Part shown: in pieces, positions 38,822 to 47,752 of the stretch | Position numbering within the stretch: position 1 is the first letter of the stretch | Layout of the letters: the number at the start of each line of letters is the position of its first letter | Source: Candidatus Latescibacterota bacterium | GTDB taxonomy: Bacteria; Latescibacterota; UBA2968; UBA8231 | Assembly: GCA_965217585.1 (NCBI GenBank) | Contig: OZ244561.1 | Span: 5,792,001-5,856,000, forward strand | Reading direction: 5' to 3' | DNA length: 64,000 nucleotides | Notes under the pieces: model-generated | What the model was told of the DNA's origin: nothing | The model's database searches: none | What the model saw: only the letters and a program-made list of their open reading frames with translations | Made by a program: the position numbers and the translations under genes

Positions 38822-39871
38822 CTACACGTAGCGCCCCGGGAGCTGGTGTTTGGCAACGAGGGAGCGGACAGATTGCCCTACCACGTTGAACGGATTCGGG
38901 AAGTTATCCGCCAGTGCAAAGGCGGCTGGATTGGCCTTGCCCGCTGCGCCGAAGAGATCGCCAAAGCTCAAGGCCGGGTTGACGGTGATAGAGAAGGTCA
39001 ATGTGGCGGCGGCTCCTGCGCTGTCTTGCGCCGTGTAGGTGATCTCGACGGCCCCATCGGTGGCGGCTGTGGGCGTGCCCGAAATCGTCCGCGTGGCCGC
39101 GTCAAACGACAGGCCAGTAGGCAAGCCTAAGACGCGGTACGTTACCTCGCCTTCACCGCCCGTAGCTTCCGGCAATACCAGCGCACTAATCGCCGTACCA
39201 GCGGTGTATGCTTGGTCTTCGACCTCTTCGGCGAAACCGAAGGCCAGCTCTCCATCGTCCTCTTCGCCATCGTCCATCTCGCCGTCGGAATCGGCCGTCG
39301 CTTGACCGATGGCGGTAAAGGTTTCGGGTTCAAGCCCCTCAACGGTAGCCGTAACGGTGTTGGTCCCCGGATCGCTCCCCAGCGTCAGCGTGCTTCTGGC
39401 TCGACCATTGGCATCGGTGGTGGCGGTGGTGGCCGAGAGCGTCCCTCCACCGGCCGTGACCGAAAAGGTGACGACCGCCCCGGCAAAGGCCGACCCGTTT
39501 TGATCCAACACGGAAACGACGAATGGCTTGGCCAACGCCGCGCCGACAGTGCCTTCTTGTTCATCGCCGGAGACTTTCGTCAAGGTATGGGGCATGGCCT
39601 GCTCGACGGCGGTTATCGTCTGTCCGCCAGTCCACTCAGATAAATCCCACAGTCGTACTATGTAAGATGAATTCTCTGCCAAAAATCTCATGTCGGAAGA
39701 AAAATCCAATTCCTCAATCCGCCCGACCGGCGGGAAGCTGACGATAGGCTTTCTTGTAGCCACATCCCATAGCTTGACCGATGAACCCCCGATCGTACTG
39801 GCTTGACCGGTTCCTCCCTTCACACCATCTAAATCAACCCATCTTGTCTGCGACGCCGACGCGGACGCCAA
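38822..39871 (-). pseudogene. Truncated paralog of the WD40/Ig protein (WD40 remnant, Big_1 domain, He_PIG-like Ig domain, truncated C-terminal domain)
   Basis: 39280-39650 closely duplicates 41073-41443; LPTGLSFDAATRTISGTPT; ends shortly after ADNFPNPFN. Confidence 0.75.
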
Positions 39872-39906
39872 AAACCTGCCGTCTATAAGTAGCCTCCGCT
39901 CTATGT

Positions 39907-42900
39907 TTACCTTAGCAGGGTAAATTTTTGGGCAAAACGGCCTTCAGGGGTTGTCAACCGATAGAGATAAACGCCGCTGGCCCAAGCCGAGGCGTCCATA
40001 GATATCGTGTGATAGCCAGCCGCTTGAAACCCTTCGTGCAGGACCGCCACTCGTTGTCCGTTAAGGGTGAAGACCTCCAGTCGAATATCAGAGGCGGTTG
40101 GCAACGTATAAGAAAGGATCGTCTCGCTGTTAAAGGGGTTGGGATAGCTCGGGTTGAGCGTCGTCGTGGCTGGTATGCCGGTGTCTTCTTCGACATTGAC
40201 CTCATATTGCTGCACGACCGCGTCTGTATCGTAGTCGATGAGCAGGATCTTTGTTCGCCCTGCTTGGCACGCTTTTACATGCAGGCTCCAGCCATCTCGG
40301 CGCCCCCTTGTGGGTCTATCGTTGCCTTCGGCTGGACAGTAGGCTCTGGAGGGCACCTGTTGGCCGCCGGCGATCTCTATGGCCGGATCGGAGCCGGACG
40401 GGTTGGCTCTCACCAGCACGCTGTCGAGGTTGGTGTGCACTGTAAATGTTTTCCACGCTGGATCGTCGGCATAGAATTCGACCTCAGACGGATCGGGCAC
40501 CAGCCATGCTTGGGGCTCGCTGGCCGAATCATTGTCGATGATTTTGATATTGATCCGAGCTTGGTGTCCACTCGACGAAGTAGCCTGCACCGCGAAGGCC
40601 CTATCCCCATCCGCCGTCGTGTTGTCCTTGGGCGTCAGGGTAAGCTGCGCCGTGCCCGTTCGCTGGCCTTTTGCAATGGTGAGGGTTTCTGGAAATGTCG
40701 CGTCGAAGTCCTCACCGCGCTTGGCTGTCTTGCCTTGTGTTGGAGAGACAAGGGCGAGTGTGATCGTCTCGTTAGCCGCCACGGCTTTGTCCAACGTCAC
40801 GGTCAGCGTGATGGTCGTTGCCTGCCCGTCGTCCTCGCGGACCGAATCATGGCTTGCGGATATACCCTCGAGCGCAACCGTGGCCGTTGGCTGCTCCTCG
40901 GACTCGGGTTGATCCTCGCCGGAGGCCTCGTCATCGGCTAGCTCGCCATCGTCCTCGCTATCAGCCACCTCGTCCTCGGAATCGGTGGTTGGCTGCTCCT
41001 CGGACTCGGGTTGATCCTCGCCGGAGGCCTCGTCATCGGCCAGTTCGCCATCTTCCTCGCCCGAAGCCTCTTCGCCGTCGGAATCGGTGGTCGCTCTTCC
41101 GATGGCGGTAAAGGTTTCGGGTTCAAGCCCCTCAACGGTAGCCGTAACGGTGTTGGTCCCCGGGTCGGCCCCCAGCGTCAGCGTGCTTTTGGCTCGGCCG
41201 TTGGCATCGGTGGTGGCGGTGGTGGACGACAGCGTCCCCCCGCCAGCGGTGACCGAAAAGCTGACGACCGCCCCGGCAAAGGCCGACCCGTTTTGATCTA
41301 ATACGGAAACGACGAATGGCTTGGCCAATGGCTCGCCGACCGTGCCTTCTTGTCCATCGCCGGAGACTTTCGTCAAGGTATGGGGCATGGCCTGCTCGAC
41401 GGTGGTTATCGTCTGCTCGACGGTCCACTCAGAAACATCCCATAGCCGAACCCTTTGATCGCTTGACCCGACGGCCAGAAGGGCCCCGTCGGGAGAAAAC
41501 GATACATCAGAGAGAAAGCCCGGATTCGCGAAGGTGGTGGCAAGCTGCCTGCTGGCCACGTCCCACAGCCGGACATGGCCCTTTGACCCGACGGCCAGCA
41601 GGGCCCCGTCGGGAGAAAACGACAGCGAACTGCCCCAACTCTCAGGCTGGAGGGTGACCTCTTGTCCGGTGGCTACGTCCCACAACTGATTGAAATCTCC
41701 TGAGGTGGCCAGCAGGGTGCCGTCGGGAGAAAACGATACATCAGAGATATAGATATAATCGCCCCTAGGCTGGAAGGTGTCGACTTTTTGCCTGCTGGCT
41801 ACATCCCACAGCGTGACCGCGTCCTTGTTCTCTCCTGCCGCCTCTGCGATGGCCAGCAGGGTGCCGTCGGGAGAAAACGACAGTGACCTGACCCAATCCG
41901 CTTGGAGGGTGGCGACCTGCTGTCTGCTCACCACGTCCCACAGTGAGACCGCGTTCTCTCCTGATCCCCCAATAGCCAGCAGGGTGCCATCGGGAGAAAA
42001 CGCCAACTTAAAATCCCAACTCCCAGGCTGGAGGGTGGCGACCTGCTCTCTGCTCGCTACGTCCCACAGCGAGACCTGCTCCTCTGCGATGGCCAGCAGG
42101 GCTCCGTCGGGAGAAAACGACAGCGCGGTGCTCCAATACTCAAGCTCAAGGGTGGCCACCTGCTGTCTGGTGGCTACGTCCCACAGCCGGACCGTAGGAA
42201 TAAGTTCCTCTGAGGTGGCTAGGAGGGTGCCGTCGGGAGAAAACGATGCCGATCTGATATACGCTGTATGGTCGAGGGTGGCGATGTGGTATGATGAAGC
42301 TTTCGAAAGCCCAATACTCGCGCCGTGGGTCACCTCCCCATCTGTATCAACTACCTGAATAGACAGGGAATGAACCTCAGGATCTGAAGGATCCCGACGA
42401 TAGGGGGGAATCGAGACATCATACTCGAATTCGACGATGGCGTCTTTTTCACCGTCCAATCCACGGCATGCTGCCAATCCTCCCAGTCCGGCGGCGCCGC
42501 TGCTTTCTTTTCTTTCCACGTCAATCAGGAGCACCTGATGAAGCCCTTCCGCATCGCTGACCTTGAATCGGACGGAGATGATGGTTGATCCGGCCGGATA
42601 GTCCGACGGCGAAATCATTTGGATGGTGGATGGGTCGCTGAGGGTTCCCCCTCCGAAGACACTACGACTGAGGCTCGTTTCTCCTCCAAGGGATATATCA
42701 GAATTAAAGTAGGGGTGCACGGACAAAAATTCGGCGGCGCACGCCGACAGTCGATCTGGGTTGCCGCCATACGACATGATGTAGGCATCGTCGCGGAAGT
42801 CGTGCCACAAGCCGAAAGTATGCCCAAGCTCATGGGCTATTGTGCTAAAGTGAAGGCTACTAGGAACCAACGTAATTCCGCCACGTTTGCCAAAATCATT

Positions 42901-43463
42901 ATTTACTCCTCCGGCCTTATAACCATCTACATCAATTGTGCCTGTACTATTGTCAATGACGATGAGGTAATCATTGGCCAAGACATCAAATTGAAGCGGA
43001 CCTTCGCCAAAGAATATCTCGTCAAGCACCTCTATAGTAGTGTTGTTATCATAGTGCCTATGGGATGCTGCCCATCGACTCGATGCACCAGCGGCTCGCC
43101 TTGGGCATCGGTTTCAATGCGGAAGGTTGTGTTGCCGTAGCCATGCGCTTGCATCTGCTCGGCATAAAAGGTCTGAACCCGGCGCATCATCGTTTTCATT
43201 TCATCAACCACTTCTTGACGATACGGACGGTCATTGGGCAAGAAATAGATCATCCGCACCGTGCGCTCCTCACCCACGTTCCGATCGGCCAGCCGCTTGC
43301 CAGCAGAGAGGGGGTGATCGCGCTGCCACCGCTCGTAATCGAACGGCAAGCAGAAATGCACGCTATCAGCCGGCGAGGGCGACGCATGGGCCACCGCCAG
43401 CGGCGAAAGAATCAGGCCGATTAACGCGCAAAGGGGGTACGATGTGAAGCAATACCGTTTCAT
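39907..43463 (-). pseudogene. Secreted Zn-metalloprotease/WD40/Big_1 protein with T9SS-type/FlgD-like C-terminal domain, split by a 1-bp frameshift near 43060
   Basis: Signal peptide at 43463; HELGHTFGLWH; 7 SFSPDG..LWDV repeats; SYPNPFN tail; adding one base after GQHP joins the two ORFs (GQHPDRHYDNNTTIEVLDE). Confidence 0.8.
40886..41055 (-). repeat. Intragenic acidic tandem repeat, 102-bp period
   Basis: DGELADDEASGEDQPESEEQPT occurs twice. Confidence 0.85.
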
Positions 43464-43856
43464 CAATCTTCTCCTTATAAGGTTGAGGATTTTACGCTGG
43501 CACATGAGGTGTGATGCAGATGAGAAAATGCCTTAGCGTGTTGAAGAGATAGTAATCGTGTGCAATTAGGCACAGAAAAGGCAGCAAGCGTTTGTAAATA
43601 AAGAACAAACGTGTATCGCAGGTCGCACAACAAGGGCGACCTCCGGCTGGGGCCACCGTACTAAGCGCTGTTTTATCAGATGTCGGGGTATGTACCATTG
43701 TCTATTTTCGGCCATGAACACACAAACGTTTGTGCTTGACAGCAGTATATATTAGGGCAATCAACCAAGATGTCAAATAAATAATTGACGTTACGCAGAC
43801 TTATGTAGTGTCTGCCGCCTTGCTGCCCTGCCTGTCGTCATTTGTATGTTGCAAAA

Positions 43857-44040
43857 GCCTTTCAGATTGGCCAATCTGAAAGGCCTGCGTGAGGGGCGCG
43901 TCGTCCGTCATTGGGTGAGCAGGCACGACAGTGCCCACGGCACCGTGCGGGAGTAAGACACCCCTCACGCTAGGTTGTCGCTCCGAACAGATACAGGGGC
44001 CTTGGGCCCGTATTACAAGTGTGGAGGACAGCACCCATTA
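43857..44040 (+). ncRNA. IS110 bridge RNA
   Basis: 5' hairpin 43857-43884; target loop with CGTCATT (43906-12) and GCGGGAGT (43947-54); donor loop with ACAGATAC (43987-94) and TACAAGT (44014-20), matching target and IS ends. Confidence 0.85.
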
Positions 44041-44059
44041 TAACAGGGAGGCTACCAGC

Positions 44060-45001
44060 ATGAAAGTCGTTGCCGGTATAGACGTAGGAAAAAGCAGTCT
44101 GGACGTGTCGGTGTCGGCGGGTCCGGTGCGTCGATTCGACAACGCCCCCGCGGGCCTTTCGGCCCTGGTGGGCTGGTTGGAGCGCGAGGGGGCGACCCAC
44201 GTGGTGTGTGAATCGACCGGGGGCTATGAGCGGGAAGTGGTGCGACGGTTGCGGAGCACGGCATGGTCGGTGCACATAGCGCACCCCAACCGAGTGCGCC
44301 ACTTCGCGCGGGCGGCTGGCCGCCAAGCCAAGACCGACGCGCTGGACGCGCAGATGCTGTCGCGGTATGGGCAGGTATTCGAGGTGCCTAGCTCGGTGGC
44401 GGCGGCGGCGGACAGTGAGGTCCTGCAAGACCTGCTGCGCCGACGCAAGCAGTTGGTGGACCAGCGCGTGCAGGAGCGCCATCGGCTGGACCAAGGACGG
44501 ACCGAAGCCGCCCGCACCTCTACCCAGCGGCACCTCCAGTGGCTGGATGAAGAGATCGGACGGTTGGAAGAGGAATACCGCAAGGCGTTGGAAAACAGCG
44601 GCGAGTTGTCCGAGTCCGCGGCCCTGTACCGGAGTGTGCCGGGCGTGGGCGAGCTGACCGCGGCCACGCTGGTAGTGTATCTGCCGGAGTTGGGGCAGTA
44701 CCGTGGAAAGGAGTTGACCTCGCTGGTGGGACTGGCCCCGTGGTCCAACGACAGTGGGCGCCAGCAGGGGTATCGCTCGATCCGGGGCGGACGGGGAACC
44801 GTGCGTAGGGTGTTGTACCTGGCCGCCTTGTCGGCGATACGCTACAACGACGACCTGAGCCGTTTCTATCAGGGACTGCGCCAGCGGGGCAAGACGGGCA
44901 AGGTGGCGGTGGTGGCGGTGATGCGCAAGCTGCTGCTGTTGCTGAACGCCATTGCCCATCGAGGAACGCCCTGGGTGGAACACCAGGCCCCAGCAGGGTA
45001 G
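44060..45001 (+). CDS. IS110 family DEDD recombinase/transposase
   Basis: GIDVGK, CESTGGYE, KTDALDA, SVPGVG, GLAPWSNDSG, VAVMRKLL. Confidence 0.95.
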   Translation: MKVVAGIDVGKSSLDVSVSAGPVRRFDNAPAGLSALVGWLEREGATHVVCESTGGYEREVVRRLRSTAWSVHIAHPNRVRHFARAAGRQAKTDALDAQMLSRYGQVFEVPSSVAAAADSEVLQDLLRRRKQLVDQRVQERHRLDQGRTEAARTSTQRHLQWLDEEIGRLEEEYRKALENSGELSESAALYRSVPGVGELTAATLVVYLPELGQYRGKELTSLVGLAPWSNDSGRQQGYRSIRGGRGTVRRVLYLAALSAIRYNDDLSRFYQGLRQRGKTGKVAVVAVMRKLLLLLNAIAHRGTPWVEHQAPAG

Positions 45002-45030
45002 AAAAGGGCTGGACGCAGAACACAGATACT

Positions 45031-45133
45031 CCCGCGAAAGAACGTCACCCCGTGCCCCGACACGGGGCGGGAATCCAGCCCAGCGCCCTAGCCTCAAACG
45101 GCCTTTCTGGATGCCTGCTTTCGCAGGCATGAC
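45031..45133. repeat. REP-like palindrome doublet (GTCATTCCCGCGAAAGCGGGAATCCAG family)
   Basis: Right half with nested hairpin CCCCGTG..CACGGGG (45031-45078) and inverted copy CTGGATGCCTGCTTTCGCAGGCATGAC (45107-45133). Confidence 0.8.
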
Positions 45134-45328
45134 ACCGGGACCGCACAGGCACCAAGCGGGCGGAAGAGGCTGCCCTAAGAAGACAGAGGCTGCGTAACAT
45201 CAGTCAATAATTTTTCGCTGGAGTCCAATTTCTGAAAATTCGAGGGCGAGACGCCCTCAATCCCAGATGCTTTGATGAAACGCGGCGGCAACAATCCTCT
45301 TCACTTGGGCTTTACCCAGTTTCGGCTC

Positions 45329-45384
45329 CTACACGCAGGTTTGCGGCGGCCCGTTAGCTTGAGCGCCGTGCGGACCAGCGGGGC
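45329..45384 (-). repeat. Internally deleted copy of the argE 3' region
   Basis: 45338-45384 identical to 47931-47977 (47 bp), fused to CTACACGCAG = argE last 10 bp including the stop. Confidence 0.9.
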
Positions 45385-45732
45385 CTTTATCTGCGTGCCG
45401 GGGTTCCACCAGCGCTTAGAGGCGTGGCTCGACGCACTGCCGGAGGGGCCAATCCCCGCGAGCAAGACCTGCTGGCTTTGGGAGCGCATCACATCGGTGC
45501 CGAAGCGGGCGACTTGGTTATCTGGCGCACTACCCTGCCGCGCGTGGCGCAGTACATCACCATGAGTCCAGCAGGCGAGGGTGAAGAGGCGCGGCGGTTG
45601 CGCACGGACTTTTGGCAGCGGCGGTTGTCTGGGTTAGGGCGCTACGCTGAGGAACGCGAGTACTACGAAGAAAAGACGGCTGAGTTGACGAGTGTGGGGC
45701 GGAAGCTGGCTGGGGTGGATCCTTGGGATTGA
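45372..45732 (+). pseudogene. PhyH-family dioxygenase C-terminal relic
   Basis: AFICVPGFHQRLEAWLDALP / AEAGDLVIWRTTLP-RVAQYITM..LTSVGRKLAG; frameshifted, distal His segment missing. Confidence 0.65.
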
Positions 45733-45851
45733 GGGAGGGAGAAGCGCAACTACGACTTGTCTCGGTTTTTTAGCATAAAGGCCATGACCGCTAGGACCGC
45801 AATAAGCATGACTAAGCTGCCAACGACGGTGATTTTTAGCAAAAGTCTATA

Positions 45852-46711
45852 GAAGCTGTTGAGTTAAAAACGTATCTTTGTAAGTTATTTGGTACCATAG
45901 CCCTATTGCTGTAGGAGGATTCTGTTATGCCAGGGTATCCAAGTGACTTGACGGATGAAGAATGGGCGTTGATCGCCCCTTTTTTTGACCGCCCCGATCC
46001 TCGGGGTAATCCGGGTCGGTATGAAAAACGCGATGTGGTCAATGCCATTTTGTATGTGCTCAAAGGGGGCATCCCGTGGCGGATGATGCCGCTTGATTTT
46101 CCGCCTTGGGATACGGTCTATGATCATTTTCGTCGCTGGAATAAACGCGGCGTGTGGGAGCAAGCCTTGGACTTTCTCAATGAGCAAGCGCGCCTAAAGC
46201 AAGGCAAGAAGCCACAGCCCACCTATGCGCTTTTGGATTCGCAATCGGTCAAAACGCAGTATGCTAGTCAGGATCGAGGCACCGATGGGGGAAAAAAAGG
46301 TCAAAGGCCGTAAACGCCACCTCGCCACCGATACGCTGGGCAATATGCTCGCGATCCAAGTACATGCAGCCAATGTAGCCGATACCAGCCAAGGCTGGGA
46401 AGTGTGTGATCGCGTCGCAGAAAAGTATGATTCGGTCGAAGCCTTCTGCGGCGACCAAGGCTATCGCGGCACTACGGTTGAATTCGTCGAGAACCTGCTG
46501 GGGTTACGACTCGACATCACCTCGAAACCAGCGCAAGGATTCCAAGTGATTCCCAAACGGTGGATTATCGAACGAACCTTTGCTTGGTTGGGTGGATTTC
46601 GGCGCTTGGCCAAGGACTTTGAAATCCTCACCCAATCTGCAGAAAATATGATCCGGATTGCCATGATTAAAATTACCGTCGCTAAATGCATCTGAATAAC
46701 TCAACAGCTTC
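45852..46711 (+). mobile_element. IS5-family element (IS1031/IS427-like), intact
   Basis: Perfect TIR GAAGCTGTTGAGTTA / TAACTCAACAGCTTC with TA duplication. Confidence 0.92.
45927..46695 (+). CDS. IS5 transposase, two ORFs joined by a probable -1 programmed frameshift
   Basis: YPSDLTDEEW, DFPPWDTVY, DSQSVK; GGGGGAAAAAAAG near 46287-46299; KGRKRH, DQGY, KRWIIERTFAW..RRLAKDFE. Confidence 0.9.
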
Positions 46712-46998
46712 TAAGGCTCTAGCGATGGCTCGTAGACCAATAAGAACGATACTCCGATGGCAAGAACGATGATCCATGTTGCTAGACGTAGGCGATGAAT
46801 GGGTTTGGGCAGGTTGCGCCTGAAGAGGGAAGGAATGCATTCAGCAGCTATATAAAAAGCTGTTCCTAAGACTATTTCTAAGATTAGAAGCGACATAAGC
46901 GTCTCGTAGTGTTCTACCTGACGTGTGTGTCGGCTGGCGTTCTTGCAAGAAGCGGGTCGTGTGATCGTCGTACCCAACAGAACAGCGCTTCAACTATC

Positions 46999-47076
46999 CC
47001 TCTACACGCAGATATGCTGGATGAAGCGGGCGTAGAGATCGACGCTGGTGCGCAATTGGTCGGTTTTGATCCATTC
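46999..47076 (-). repeat. Displaced second copy of the argE 3' end
   Basis: 73/78 identical to 47750-47827; EWIKTDQLRTSVDLYARFIQHICV*. Confidence 0.92.
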
Positions 47077-47140
47077 CATCCCGCGAGCGGCGCGTGATGG
47101 ACCAAACGAATCGCATAGAAAATCGTCTCAAGACACCCTC

Positions 47141-47494
47141 TTAGAGTGCTAACACTTCGCGGAGTAACCTATCCACTTCTGCTTGCAATTGTGGACCAAG
47201 ATGGCCGAGACGGCGGGTAATGACCGACCGTTCTACTGTAGCCAATTTATGCATCCGGAAGACAGACATAACGCGCAAGCCTGTCAGGATAAATTCCGGG
47301 TGGTTGGGCTCAATGGTATAATCGGTGGGAGCGAGCGTACCGCGCACAACGCTAGAAATCGCCACGAGTACCATGTCGTGGCCGAATTGCCCTTGGGACA
47401 CGATTACTGCGGGGCGAAGGGAGGCACCAGTCAAATCGGTAAATGGAAACCGCGTCAGCACCACATTACCGCGTGCGAGCGTTGGGTGCGTCAC
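47141..47494 (-). CDS. PemK/MazF family toxin
   Basis: RGNVVLTRFPFTDLTGASLRPAVIVS, TGLRVMSVFRMHKLAT; GTGA overlap with upstream gene. Confidence 0.88.
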   Translation of the reverse strand: MTHPTLARGNVVLTRFPFTDLTGASLRPAVIVSQGQFGHDMVLVAISSVVRGTLAPTDYTIEPNHPEFILTGLRVMSVFRMHKLATVERSVITRRLGHLGPQLQAEVDRLLREVLAL

Positions 47495-47721
47495 ACCGGT
47501 TCTCCGTCTTCGGAGGAGTAAATATCTTCCCCTTCCTCTTCCCAAAAGCCAAATGCGCCACTTTGTTCGACCAAACGCATGATATCCCATGTTGGCACAT
47601 CATCTTCCTGCCTTTGCACGGTAATCTCTTCATAGCGCTGTGCCAATTCCACCAGCCGTTCTAATTCGCTCTGTGGAACCAGCACTTTCTCACCGATACA
47701 TTGGATGTGAATTGTTGTCAT
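47491..47721 (-). CDS. Putative antitoxin
   Basis: 76 aa, acidic GAFGFWEEEGEDIYS tail, coupled to the toxin. Confidence 0.75.
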   Translation of the reverse strand: MTTIHIQCIGEKVLVPQSELERLVELAQRYEEITVQRQEDDVPTWDIMRLVEQSGAFGFWEEEGEDIYSSEDGEPV

Positions 47722-47752
47722 TTCGCCTCTCAGGGTTTTGAGAAGACAACCT

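Larger units (their letters stand above)
43843..45030 (+). mobile_element. IS110-family element (IS621-like) inserted in a REP palindrome
   Basis: Removing it restores CGTCATT|CCCGCGAAAG..GCGGGAATCCAG; ends rejoin to ACAGATACTTGTAT. Confidence 0.88.
43784..45204. mobile_element. Putative MITE (about 230 bp when empty) carrying a REP doublet, interrupted by IS110
   Basis: Imperfect TIR ATTGACGTTACGCAG (43784-43798) / CTGCGTAACATCAGT (45190-45204), 13/15; AT-rich flanks. Confidence 0.5.
45750..46896 (-). pseudogene. Small three-TM membrane protein gene interrupted by IS5
   Basis: Removing the IS plus one TA restores ..YEPSLEPYRLLLKITVVGSLVMLIAVLAVMAFMLKNRDKS*. Confidence 0.75.

Noticed and set aside
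38830-38880. LVFGNEG peptide resembling a SpoU/TrmH motif
   Set aside because: Too short, with no supporting ORF
39280-41443. Repeat pair as DGR template/variable region
   Set aside because: No reverse transcriptase in the window and differences are not adenine-specific
41440-42260. Regularly spaced GTCGGGAGAAAACGA repeats resembling a CRISPR array
   Set aside because: They are codons of WD40 repeats (SFSPDG) within an ORF; spacing about 120 bp; no cas genes
43970-45130. 386-aa minus-strand ORF
   Set aside because: Antisense shadow of the IS110 recombinase starting inside a REP
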